Assembly (NCBI RefSeq): GCF_004010195.1
Contig: NC_057719.1
Coordinates: forward strand, 78,039,929-78,103,928
Direction: 5' to 3'
From: Chiloscyllium plagiosum
Lineage: Eukaryota
Length of the DNA: 64,000 nucleotides
Shown here: positions 1-12,115 of the stretch, one piece after another
Numbering within the stretch: the first letter of the stretch is position 1
Layout: every line of letters begins with the position of its first letter
Notes under the pieces: generated by a model
Databases searched by the model: none
What the model was told of the DNA's origin: nothing
The model's input: the letters and a program-made list of their open reading frames with translations, nothing else
Translations under genes and position numbers: made by a program

Positions 1-85
1 AAGAAGGGCTTATGCCCGAAACGTCGATTCTCCTGTTCCCTGGATGCTGCCTGACCTGCTGCGCTTTTCCAGCAACACATTTTCA
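1..85 (+). mobile_element. Tail of a Penelope-like terminal repeat with a minimal hammerhead motif, truncated by the window edge
   Basis: AAGA-AGGGC-TTAT-GCCC-GAAA-CG-TC-GATTC, followed by 'gatgctgcctgacctgctg'. Same family as 8300-8400. Confidence 0.65.
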
Positions 86-490
86 GCCCCAGCCCATCAT
101 AGCCAATCAAGAGTGGTCACTCGATTCTAGTGATGTTGGCCTAGTCGAGGACGCTGTCATTGGTGTGTCTTTCTTCCCAGTGGATTCGCAGGACCTTGCA
201 TGACAGTGTTGATGGTACTGCTCCAGTACCTTGAGGTGTCTGCTGTAGACAATCCATGTCTCCAAGCCACGTAGGAGAGTGGGAACCACCACAGCTCTAT
301 GAGCCATGATCTTGGTGTCGGATCTGATGTTGTTGTCCTCGAACACCCTTTTCCTTTGGTGTCTGAAGGCAGCGCTAGCACACTGGAGGCAGTGCTGGAT
401 CTCTTCATCAATAGCTGCTTTGGCTGACAGGACACTTCTGAAGTATTGGACGCGGTCAATGTTCTTTAAGGCGTCCCCGTGAATAATGAT
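86..490 (-). mobile_element. RTE-clade LINE fragment (C-terminal part of ORF)
   Basis: Minus-strand ORF 'LSAKAAIDEEIQHCLQCASAAFRHQRKRVF...TKIMAHRAVVVPTLLRGLETW...LEQYHQHC' is typical of the RTE/BovB post-RT region. Confidence 0.8.
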
Positions 491-1189
491 CACTCGCCCA
501 CACACTTGAATTTGTGTGGAACTTTGAGTCATCTTGGGGAGATTCCAGAGTGTATTACAAACAATATATTACAATTAATGATGCAGTCCCAATTTGTATG
601 TAGATTAACATGTTAGCCAATTCATATGCAGCAAAGCACCTGATGTAGTAAGTAGATGAATGTGAATATGATAGTGATGGTTGAGGAAAGAATTCTTTCC
701 CTGTGATATTTCAATCATGCAGGGGATTTCCAATGTCCTGTCTAATCAGCTGACCTGAGAGCAGTGGAACTGAATATATAAATGTTGGTATTCACTTCTT
801 TGCTGGATAAGTTGTCCACCCAGACATGTTTTTCTCTTTCACATGCTCCACACCCCAGCCCCCAAACTTTGGCCTGTGTTTTGTCCAAGTTGTACTTCAA
901 AGACTTAAATGTAATCTAATCAGCCAGGTACTTGCTGTGGTTTTGGGATGTACTGTTTTTCATTAAAGCTATGATAAGTAATAAAGCACCACCCAGATAG
1001 AAAGAGAAAACTTCCCACAATACCCAAGAAAAATATTACAAATTTTCTTTGCTTTATATTTTCCTAGAACTGACACCATTAAGATAGGCCTTGTAGTCAT
1101 ACGATTTTTGCAATGAATTCTATAGAATTGATTGAATTGTTGAATGCAAGTTGTTTTTACACTACAAATACCTCCCATTTCTATACTCT

Positions 1190-1680
1190 TATCACTCTTT
1201 CTGTTCCCTTGAATCTGTAATCAAGCCTCTTATTAAATACATCAATTTTATTGCCTTCATTCTTGTTGAAAGAAATTCTTCCTAATATTCTGTGTTTGAT
1301 TTGTGAATGCTATCTTATATTTAAACTTACATATTTTGAAGTCAGCAACAAGTGGAAATAGTTTTTCTAAACTGTTGTGTTGAACCTCTTCATGCTTTTA
1401 AAGGCCTTCAGTATTCCAGAGGAAAGAATGCAGTCTGTCCAATTATACTTAACAATTACATTATCTCAATTATAACAAGCCAATGTAAATCTTTTCCGCC
1501 CTGACATTCTTTTTGTACTATGCCAGAACTATTCAAAATATGTGTGGTCTAATCAAGGTTCCATATATGTTGAATATTTCCTTTTTGTTTTCATATTCTA
1601 CACATCTAGAATGTGTAGCTTTTGCTTGCATTCTTTATCAATTCATCAGAGTCTTGCTGCTACTTAAGTATTTCCAGAAA
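1190..1680 (-). mobile_element. Old, highly decayed CR1-like LINE 3' fragment
   Basis: Weak similarity to the reverse-complemented CR1 3' ends elsewhere in the window. Confidence 0.35.
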
Positions 1681-2705
1681 AGTGATCATGGACATTGCTC
1701 TCTTCAAATCAACATTTCTCAAGATCAGTCACTAGGTTCCAAAGACTGCTTTGTTGGAATGCTGTGACATCATGAAAGGAGCTTCAGGAATTGCATTCTT
1801 TTCTCTGTGTCTGTGCCCCCACCCCCTTCTTTCTATCACAAACATGATAGCACAGAGAGAGATAAACTAGTGCAGATGGATTAAATTAAGTTCATCAATG
1901 CACTTGAAACAAATCTGATGTTATGTGAACAGGATTGATATGTAAAAGTTAGGGTCATGGGTTGAGAGAGAATTTTGGAGTGCAAATGAGAGTAATGATG
2001 ATAGATGGCAAAAGTAAATACTAAGAAGACCCATTGGTGTAGGAAGTAATTAACTGTAATATAACTATTATCTGTGAGAATGGATCTGGTCAGACAAATT
2101 GGAATCAAAGGTTGGCAGGAAAGAAGAAAGTATCGGAACAATGTGCTGCCTTCAAAGGAGAGGGAGGTTGGACACAATCAAGCTATATTTGTGTGAAAGG
2201 GAAGAGCAGGGCAAACAAATCTACAGCTCTTTGAATGAAAGATGATGTAGGAAGGTAAGGTTAGAAAGAAACAATGTGTATATCGTAGTTGATGCAGGAT
2301 AATGCACTAAAGCAACAGGCTGAATGTAAAAGGTTTAAAGTGGATGTGATAAGCCAATAAGAGCTACAAAGAGTCTGACAAGAGACTGGCAACAAAAAAA
2401 AGTTGGAATCCTAACATTATCTGCACACATAATAATTGTAAAAGGGTCATAAAATGGATTGGACCGATTTAGGGTCCAATGGGTTTACACACAGAGGCAT
2501 GGACCAAAACTGAAGTATTCAAATGAATACATTGTCTCTCTTTTCCAAGGCAGATGCTGCTACTTAAATAAGTGAAAAACAAGTTAATTAATACACTAAA
2601 AGGATTTAAAATTGATCAAAAAGGCTATTGACAAGGTTATTTGTGCTTAAACAAAAACAGATATTGCTGGAGAAACTCAACACATCTGCCAGCATCGTGA
2701 AGAGA

Positions 2706-4354
2706 CAAAAAATACTGCAGATGCTGGAATTCAAAGCAGACAGGCAGGAGGCTGGAAGAACACAGCCAGCCAGGCAGAATCAGGAGGTGGAGAAGTTGAC
2801 ATTTCAGGTGTAACCCTTCAGGACTGGGGTGGGTGTGGGGGGAGTTCCGCATAAAGGGGGAGGCGGGGACAGGGTGGTGAAGTGGGGGTAGGTGAAGACA
2901 GATAGAGGATATGGCTGGTTGGTCAATGGCAGGAATGAATCCAGTAGGTGGTGTGGAACAGTGGAAGGGAGGGGGAGGGAGGTTATTTGAAATTGGAGAA
3001 CTCAATGTTGAGTCCTCCGGGCTGGAGGGTGCCCAGGCGGAAGATAAGGTATTGCTCCTCCAATAGGAGCTGTGGTTTGTTTTGACAATGGAGGAGGCCA
3101 AGGAAGGTCATGTCAGAAAGGGAATGGTTGGGGAAATTGAAATGGGTGGTGACTGGAACGTCCACTCGGTCACTGCGGGCTCAGCTGCGATGCTCAGCGA
3201 ACTGTTCCCTAAGTTTACATTCAGTCTCCCTGATATAGAGAAGACTACATCGGGAGCACCTGATGCAGTACACTAGGTTGGAAGAGAGGCAAGTGAACCT
3301 ATGTCTGACCTGGAAGGACTGTTTGGGGGCCCTGGATGGAGGTGAGGAGATGGTGTGCTGGCAGGTTTTGCATTTTTATGGTTGCAGGGCAAGGTACCTG
3401 GGAGTTTGGTGACAGGGGTGGTGTCAACCAAGGACTGCCAAAGGGAATGGTCCTTGCGGAAGGCTGCAAGGGATGGGGAGGAGATGATGTTCTTGGTGGT
3501 GGGGTTTATTTGGAGTTGACGGAAGTGTTTGAGGATGATGCGTTGGATACGGAGACTGGTGGGGTGGTAGGTGAGGATAAGGGGGACTCTGTCCTTATTG
3601 TGTTGGGAGGCGGGGGTGTTTAGAGCAGTGGAACGGGGAATTGAGTAGACAGGCAAGAGGCTGGAAGAACACAGTTAGCCAGGCAGCATCAGGAGGTGGA
3701 GAAGCTGACGTTTCAGGTGTAACCCTGGGGCATCACAACCAAGATCTGCACACAGGATTTGCACAGGCATTTATTTAATTTCAAACAGGAGTCACTAAGC
3801 AGTATCAAAAGCAGCATACACTGTCTGGCTTGCCCTCCAAAACTCCAGTGGCTCTTATTACCTTTGGCAGCTCCTGCATTGCCACCTGGGCTAAAATACC
3901 TTATGAGGCGAGATCAGAGTTAGATTTGGGGTTTAATGCTGAATCTTTGAGTTAAATGGTGAGGAAGAAGAAGCTAACTAACATAGGCTTCATGGTGTTG
4001 ACCTTCTGCATCCCTTAGGCTGTGGTCTGTGCCTTTTGTTACAGTCAAGGCCATGTTGAGACTCTAGTTCCCTTCATCAAGGTCTTTATGCAGGCAAATT
4101 AAAATCTGTCTTTTTAACTTTTGGATGGATTTTCCTTCAGGACTGGGGATGAGTGTGGGATGAGTTGCAGATAAAGGGGGAGGCGGGGGCAGGGTGTTGA
4201 AGTGGGGATAAGTGAAGACAGGTAGAGGGTATGACTGGTTGGTCAATGGCAGGAATGAATCCAGTAGGTGGCAGGGAGCAGTGGAAGGGAGGGGGAGGGG
4301 CTGGGAAGGGAGTCTGGGGATGGGGAGAGCTGTCTAGATGGCAGAGGGAGGAAA
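2706..4354 (-). mobile_element. Penelope-like retroelement (GIY-YIG end) with tandem pseudo-LTRs
   Basis: Minus frames give 'DRVPLILTYHPTSLRIQRIILKHFRQLQ...AFRKDHSL...PGTLPC', 'SSNLVYCIRCSRCSLLYIRET' and 'EEQYLIFRLGTLQPGGLNIEF'. Direct repeats at ~2735-2980 and ~3648-4300. TSD-like agcatc(g/ta)tgaagaga at 2691-2705 and 4355-4370. Confidence 0.85.
3726..4136 (+). repeat. Local ~410-bp duplicate of intronic segment 5572-5981
   Basis: Colinear and roughly 90% identical by eye, from 'tggggcatcac' to 'ggatggattttcct'. Confidence 0.95.
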
Positions 4355-5120
4355 AGCATCTATGAAGAGATAGCAGAGTAAACCTGTCAAGTCCAATGAT
4401 TCTCCTTCGGAACTAGAGTGGTCGCTGTACTCAACATTAACTCTGCTTACTCCCCACAGATGCTATTGGACATGCTGAGTTCCTGCAGCAATTTTTGTTT
4501 TTGTTTCAGATCTCCAGCATTCGCAGTTCTTTGTTATGTTATATCCGCAGTTCTTCGGTTTATTTTATCGAACTTAAAGTTGTTATGGCATTAGAACTGC
4601 ATGAGATGCAGCCACGATATTGATAAAATTGCAAACAGAAATTAGAGGCACTAGCCATAATTTTCCAATCTTCATTTGGTTCTAGGATGGCATTAGTGAG
4701 GACTGGAAAATTACAAAATCTGTAACCATTAGCCTAGTAACTCCAGGCAATTCAGTTTAACTTAAGTAATGAGGATATTTTTGCAAGCAATAATATGGAA
4801 GTAAGTTACTGGTCACTTTGACTCTTAGAATAACTAGTGCAGACTTAATGGCCATCTGCACTGCAATGATTTTGTGATGTTTATGAGGTTCATTCATTAT
4901 CAATCCTAGCACTAATATGCTGTGAAGGCTACTGCAATCTGTCAAAAATGTGATTTGAAAATGAAACCTGCACTCTTAAGCAAAAATAAAATCAGTTTTT
5001 CTAAATCTGTTCCCTGGATGTGAAGCTTGTCCTGTCTGTTGTTTGACACACATTCTCTGTTCCTTATCTCTAATTTTAAATGGGTGAATTTACTTTGGTT
5101 TTCCTTTTGTCTTGATATAG

Positions 5121-5340
5121 CTGTCTCTCCCAGATACGCCAACAACGAGGAAGCCATTGCACCGGACCTTGTCTGATGAGAGCATCTACAGTGGCCAGAG
5201 AGAGCCTTCATTCTCGAATGCGCACACATCACTCCTGGACCAAGCCTTGCCCAACGATGTCCTGTTCTCCAGCACCCATCCATCCCTGCACTACACACTG
5301 CCAGGCCGTAAGCATGGACAGTCGATAAAATCTCATCATG
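5121..5340 (+). CDS. SIPA1L1-like: SIPA1-like Rap-GAP (SPAR family) coding exon, SPAR C-terminal region
   Basis: gatatag|CTG acceptor and G|gtgggt donor. Encodes [31 protein letters not shown]...[20 protein letters not shown], the hallmark SIPA1L motif. The 5' boundary could instead be the cag at 5131-5133. Confidence 0.9.
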
Positions 5341-5571
5341 GTGGGTAGTGCTCACAGGCCCCGCTGTCTTGTCTGAGTAAAGCGATCTGTGGTGCATTTG
5401 CTGCTTTTATTGTGACAAAGGGAGTTTACATCCTGATTTTTGTTTGCTTTTATCCCCCAAGGTGTGATTTTACTTGAGGTGCAGTTCTGTTGGAGCAGAC
5501 CTTCTCTTTCCTCTCCAACTATGGCTATGGTTTGAGCTTAGACAGTGAAAGTCAGGATGGTTTCAACCACA

Positions 5572-5981
5572 TGGGGCATCACCACCAAGATCTGCACACA
5601 GGATTTGCAAAAACATGTATTTAATTTCCAACAGGAGTCACCAAGCAGTATCAAAAGCAGAATACGCTGCCTGGCCTGCTCTCCAAAACTACCGGGGCTC
5701 TTATTACCTTTGGCAGCTCCTGCATTGCCACCTGGACTAAAATACCTTATGAGGACAGATCAGAGTTAGATTTGGGGTTTAATGCTGAACCTTTGAGTTA
5801 AATGGTAAGGAAGAAGGAGCTAACTAACATAGGCTTCATGGTGTAGACCTTCTGCATCCCTTAGGCCGTGGTCTGTGCCTATTATTACATCAAGGCCATG
5901 TTGAGACTCTAGTTCCCTTCATCAAAGTCTTTATGCAGGCAAATTAAAATCTGTCTTTTTAACTTTTGGATGGATTTTCCT
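5572..5981 (+). repeat. Probable donor copy of the 410-bp intronic duplication
   Basis: Matches 3726-4136 and lies in otherwise unique intron sequence. Confidence 0.9.
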
Positions 5982-6305
5982 CCAAATTTTGTTTCACCAC
6001 TAGTTTAGCCAGTTAAACCTCTGAAGGTTAAACAATGTAAGTTACAATCCAAGCTCATGTGCTATTGCAGAGATTGAATTTCATCATTTCTCAGTCAGGA
6101 CATGTACTCTGGAAATGGGTTCGTTGGAAGAAGATGATTGTGGTTTTAAAATAAAGCACATTTTTTAGAACATGAAGTGTAACAATCATTTTCTTTCTTT
6201 GGCTTGATCCAATTTTCTAGTCTCATTTTAAATTAATTTATTGATTTGTTGTAATTAACTTATCTGATAATCAATGTTTGATTAATATTTTGCGTTATCC
6301 TACAG

Positions 6306-6452
6306 TTGAACTTTCTGCATCCGATGGTTCCCTTTCTGATATTCATGAACGAAGGCGGCAGCCACTGCCAGATCCAGGCCTTATGCCCCTGCCAGATACA
6401 GCCATGGGCTTGGAATGGTCCAACCTTGTGGATGCAGCAAAGGCATTTGAAG
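6306..6452 (+). CDS. SIPA1L1-like: SIPA1-like coding exon
   Basis: ctacag|TT ... GAAG|gtaaca, phase 1/1. Encodes (V)[48 protein letters not shown]. Confidence 0.95.
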
Positions 6453-6944
6453 GTAACACTCTGTTTTTTTGCTTTATGCTGTCATGTGAAAATAATCAGT
6501 AATAGTTTTAATTTTTTCTAATGTCAATTTCACACAAGGAGCTGGAGTGAGACAGATGTAAATTCGTAGTTTTCACATTTTCAGAATTTCATGCAGATTG
6601 TTGAGTACGGATTTGTGCACAGATATCAATCATAATTTACATTTGTCAGTATTTTAGTTGCTTTAGACATTAATGTTTCAAGCTGAAGTCACTCCTTGTA
6701 CATATGGTTCATTCATGAATTATTGATGCTTGAACTTATCCAATGTGTTCATATGTATTTCGCTCAAGGCATGAAAAACTGATGTGTGGCAATGGGTTTT
6801 ATTTTAGCAGCCATTCTGTGCCAGAAAGCCATATAATGGTTGACCTTAAAATTATATTTAAGGTATATCGGTTCAAGAAGAAATGTTGACCAGAAAATCA
6901 GGAGAGCTGCTTGTTCTTTAGCTGTGTCTTGAGATTTTTAAAAA

Positions 6945-8430
6945 TCAGTGTAGTGCTGGAAAAGAACAGCAGGTCAGGCAGCATGCTAGGAGTGGGAGAA
7001 TTGACGTTTCTGGCCATAAACCCTTCATAAGGAATGAAGCTTATGGGCCAGGTAGCCAAGAGATAAATGGGAGGGAGGTGGGGCTCGAGGGAAGGTAGCT
7101 GAGAATGCAATTGGTAGATGAAGGTGAGGGAGAAGGTGATAGGTCAGAGAGGAGGGTGGAGTGGATAGATGGGAAAGATGATGGACAAGTCAGGAGGGCG
7201 GTGTCAAGTTGGAGGCTTGGGACTCATAATGTTGGGGGAGGGGAAATGAGGAAACTGGTTGAAATCCAAATTGATTCCATGTGGTTGCAGGGTCCCAACG
7301 CGGAATATGAGGCTTTCTTCCTCCAGGTGTCAGGTGGTAAGGGTTTGGCATTGGAGGAGGTCCAGGACCACCACCTTCCAAAATCGCAATTTCCCTTCCC
7401 ACATGGTCCATGATGCATTCCAGCGCATCTCCTCCATTTTTCACACCACCACCCTTGAACCCCACACCTCCCAACGCTGGACCCCCACTGGACCTCACCT
7501 CTACCCCACCAATCTCTGCATACATTGCATCATCCTCTGCCACTTCACCACCTACAAATGGACCTCACCACCAAAGATATATTTCCCTCCCAACCCTATC
7601 AGCGTTCCCTGGAGACTATTCCCTTCGCAACTCCCTCGTCAGGTCCACGCCCCCCACTAGCTCACATCCCAATCCTGGTACCTTCCCCTGCCACCACAGG
7701 AAGTGCAAACCTTGTGCCCATACCATTCTCCTCACATCTGTCCAAGGCCCCAAAGAATGCTTCCATATCCAACAGGAATTTACCTGTACCTCTACCAATG
7801 TCATTTAGTATATCCGTCGCACCCAATGTGGTCTCCTCTACATCAGGGAGACAGGAGTCTCCTTGCAGATCATTTCAGAGAATATCTCTGGATCACCTGC
7901 ACCAACCAACCCCACCGCCTTGCAGCTGAACACTTGAACTCCCCCTCCCGCTCTGTCAAGAACATGCCTGTCTTGAGCCGCCTCTATTGTCAAACCCTTA
8001 CCACTCGACACCTGGAGGAAGAACGCCTCATACTCTGCCTTGGGACCCTGCAAACACATGGGATCAATGTGGATTTCAACAGCTTCCTCATTTACCCTCC
8101 CTCCACATTATCCCAGTCCCAAGCCTCCAACTTGACACCGCCCTCCTGACTTGTCCACCATCTTTCCTATCTATCCACTCCACCCTCCTCTCCGACCTAT
8201 CACCTTCTCCCTCACCTTCATCTACCAATGCATTCTCAGCTACCTTCCCTCTAGCCCCACCTCCCTCCCATTTATTTCTCGGTTCCCCGGCTTACAAGCC
8301 TCATTCCTGATGAAGAGCTTATGTCTGAAACATCGATTCTCCTGCTCCTCTGATGCTGCCTGATCTGCTGTGCTTGTCCAGCGCCACACTCTTGACTCTG
8401 ATCTCCAGCATCTGCAATCCTCACTTTCTA
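6945..8430. mobile_element. Penelope-like element with inverted pseudo-LTR (minus 6945-~7367, plus ~7368-8430)
   Basis: Plus frames give 'DYSLRNSLVRS...PGTFPCHHRKCKPC...FTCTSTNVI' and 'LEEERLILCLGTLQTHGINVDF'. The left arm is the reverse complement of ~7975-8395. Confidence 0.85.
8303..8338 (+). ncRNA. Minimal type-I hammerhead ribozyme motif (degenerate stem II)
   Basis: ATTC-CTGATGA-AGAGCTTATGTCT-GAAA-CA-TC-GATT has the core CUGANGA/GAAA/UH in the correct order. Confidence 0.55.
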
Positions 8431-8844
8431 CTATCTTTAAAAATCACCCAACCCAACAGAATGGGCAAATGGTGTTTTTTTTTCTTGCATGAAGCACTTA
8501 CTCCTGCTGCACTTCATGTGAGCAAAAATCATGGAAAATCTCATGGACAAAATTTAAGGACTTTCTGACCCAAAAGTTGTTAAACACTAGCTTTAAGAAT
8601 TCATTACTATATTTCTTTGTCTTCACTCCCCAACACCCACAATGAACACATTCTTATGCATCTTCCTTTCCAATTTAAATTCACTTATTACCTCCAATTA
8701 TCATTCAAGTTATTCTTCCCCCTGGTAGTTATCAGTGAAACTCCCATTATTGCCATGGTAATATAAAATTTCACGGGATAGTCTAGTTGCTGTTTCCCCA
8801 CATACTGAAGTTGCCCTGTTGTCTTCCAGTAGTCAGTCATGGAT

Positions 8845-9088
8845 CTAAAGGACAATATTTTCACACACAGGCTGGTGCATGTATGGAATGAGCTGCCAGA
8901 GGAAGTGGTGGAGGCTGGTACAGTTGCAACATTTAAAAGGCTTCTGGATGGGTATATGAATAGGAAGGGCTTAGAGGAATATGGGCCAAGTGCTGGCAAA
9001 TGGGACTAGATTAGGTTGAGATCAGGTCAGCATGGACAAGTTGGACCAAAGAGTCTGTTTCGGTGCTGTACAACTCTATGACTCTATG
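8845..9088 (+). mobile_element. CR1 LINE 3' end
   Basis: 'gtatggaatgagctgccagaggaagtggtggaggctggtaca...' ([14 protein letters not shown]) ending in a 'ctctatgactctatg' tail. Confidence 0.85.
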
Positions 9089-11787
9089 TAGTGTAGATGA
9101 GAACTGGCAAAACGCACCCAAAGCCGGGTACGTTCTAGCACCAGCCATGACTAATTCTAAGCATTGTCACATTACCTGCATGTTTGTCTTTTAATTGCGC
9201 TATAGATTATTTCTGTAGATTTTATACGATATTGATTCATGCTTTATCAAAAGGCAGAGTGAAGCTCAATTATTATGGCATGGCTTGATATTTAGAACTC
9301 TGAGAACTGGGATTTAAACAATTCTGCCTTATCCTCTTGGGTATATTAAATTCCTTAGGGCCCTCAGCGATTGTGGATCTGTTACCACAGTTTCTTGAGA
9401 AATTGTGCTGATATCTCGTTTGCGTGCCTGGAGGCTTATGGGAAATTAGGTCTGTCATTTAAAAGCCGGTCACATTTTCACATAGTGAAAGCTTGGATTA
9501 GTGGTGCTTCCATGATTTGACAGGCTTATCTGTGGAGTGGATTAGTGCCTTCTGAAAATCTTTTGTTCTGGCTACAAGAGATGGCCTAAGCGCACTCATT
9601 AATATGACATAATTTGAGGGCTTAGCATATAGAGAGAGTTACACAAAGAATGTGGCATCTGGTGTACGAGGCATAATCTTTATATTTTTCTGCTGTTAAG
9701 GCTTTCTTTTAGATTTTTACATTGTGAATGGTTTAATGGGACCCATATGTGCTTTTCATTGTTAAAAACTCCTGATAATGATGAAAATGATAGGATAATC
9801 CATCTGCTTTTAGGAAATGAGCAAAGGTCAGCAGCCTTTCTCATATCTTTTCAAGGCCCAGAAGCTCCTCCATGCTGCAAATAAGTGGGTCAATAAAACT
9901 AAGCAATTTGGGTTAGGATCTGTATTGAACTCTGCGCGTTTCCATGAAAATGATTGCAGCCATCTTCTAACATCCTGTTAATACAAAGTGCACAGTGATT
10001 TTTTTTTGAGCTAATGTACCTTCGCTTAAATTTTCTTTCCCATGTGCCAATATGCGTAACAGTAAGTGAGAGGAGCAAGTCTTATTTTCAGACCATAAGC
10101 AAGCCAATCTTCTGCATTTACTGATTAAAATTAAGGCAGCATAAAATATCCTTAATTATACCTAGATACAAAATGTGTTTTGTTTCTCTTTACTACTTAG
10201 TCTTTGAAGTAAGAATTGGGATTTCTTGATATTCCTTCCCAGTCAAGCTTGCATAGTTTTCTTTCACTTTATGCTTGCAGGAAGGATTCTTCCTCATTAA
10301 AATGCCTGTACTGGCAATCTTGTTGCATAGGGAGTTTGGATACATTTTGCCTTCCTGATGCCACCGTTCGCTAGGTTTTCCGAGATCCCCAGCACAATTA
10401 ACGGCTTAACATCATGCTTGCCATCAGTTAAGAATGTTGAAGTCAGCTCATGAGGCTGGAGGGTCAATGGGATTCCCAATATTGCATTGGAAATTCCACC
10501 AGTAGAGGTAGTAGATGTACATAGTAGTGAGAGGGGCCACCTCCAGCTTTTAACAAAAGGCTACGGCTACCATGTATTCTTTTGTAGAAGGGGTGACCTA
10601 TGGCCACAGCTATTGCCATTGCAGTACGTTGGTTGCAAAAGTAATTTTGTAAAAATAAATGAAGAACTGAACCTTCATGTTTGCTGCTGCGTAACCAGCT
10701 ACTTTCACTGGCTGGGTAGGCCACTTAATTACTTTTGTTGGTAGATAGCTATTATGTCCCAAATTTACAACCTTTTCAAAAATAGCACAATGATAAAACC
10801 AGGAAACTGGCATCAGCAGAGGCAAAGTCTAAAGCTGCCTAATCCTTTGAAAATCCTGCCCTATGTCTCCAGGCCTCAAAGCAGACTCTTGCCAACAGGA
10901 AGGAGGTCTTCCAGGCTCTTTCTCTCTTTAATGCATTTGTACTCTGGTCCCTTGAAGCCATAACTTTGTGACTCCTGACAATGCTACTAATGACCTACGG
11001 CTGTCACATCCAGTAGAATATATTCATATGCATATGCTATGTGGAAAATTGCAGTTTGTGCTAAAGAGTCATTGTTGCATTCTTCTTTTAATTGGTTCCT
11101 TCAAATTCCTCCTGTTGATTGGCCCTTATTTTATGCAACTCAAGATTTTTTTTTCCAAAATCAGCACAAACCTGAAGATGAAAAATATATTGGTTCAGAT
11201 CTTCCTGTTGATGCGAAGAATGTCCATCCCATGTTGACTGTGTCTTAAACTTAACACTTTGTGCCAGAGTTTTTGCATTTTCTGCTCCTGAAGGGATGCA
11301 GTAATATAGGCCATTACTGGGAAATTGTTGATCAAAATTCCAGCATAGTCACAGATTGTTTTTCCGACAAATAGGGTGGATGCCAGGGCCAGGGAATGGA
11401 AGGGGAAGGTGGTCATGTTGAATGTTGTCGGAGGGTACTGTCGGTATTTGGTGAAGGTTGTCTGTGGGAATGGGCAAAGGTGATTATTTTGGGAGCATGT
11501 GGCTGAAGATTGCTGCAGGTGCTGGAATGCTTTGGCACTCTTGCTGGTTTATTTGAGAGTTTATCTGGTTTTAAACATGCTATATTAAAAAAAAACTCCC
11601 AATTAATCTGTATTAAAAGAAAAGCAGGGTTTTTAAAGTGCCATCAGTTCAAGTCTCCCATGTTCTGAACATCTGATCCTACTTTGTTGGAGTCATGGAG
11701 AATCTAGCAAGGTTAAACCAATAATTAGCATTTTAAATTTAAACTTAATTGGACTAAGTCAAACTTAAATTGAATGTAAGAAGAAGA

Positions 11788-12115
11788 TGCAGTGGTAATG
11801 TCACTGGATGAGTAATCCAGGGGACATAATTTCAAATCTCATCGTAACAGTTGGTGAAATTTAAATTCTGGAATGCAAAAGCAGATCTCAGTAATGGTAA
11901 TCATAAGATCATTAATCATTGTTCAAAAAAAACACCTGCTTCACCCTTTAGGGTAGCAAATCTGTGTTTGTTGCTTCATCTGGCCATATTTGACTCCAGA
12001 TCCACAGTAATATAATTGACTCTCAGCTGACCTTTTAGATTGGCCCAGCGCACTACTCTGTTCAAAGCTAATTAGCTTCGAAAAACAAATTTTGGCCTTG
12101 CTGGTGATGCCCATA
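11788..12115 (+). mobile_element. tRNA-derived SINE (SacSINE-like), decayed
   Basis: Head 'gtggtaatgtcactggatgagtaatccag' and tail 'ggccttgctggtgatgccca'. Similar copies at ~35515, ~42955 and ~58255 (-). Confidence 0.55.

Larger units (their letters stand above)
2648..4540. repeat. Palindromic short repeat (arms 2648-2705 and 4355-4540) split by a Penelope insertion
   Basis: 'aacaaaaacagatattgctggagaaactca' is the reverse complement of 'tgagttcctgcagcaatttttgtttttgtt' (~4475-4505). Related copies lie near 31790 and 39020. Confidence 0.6.
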
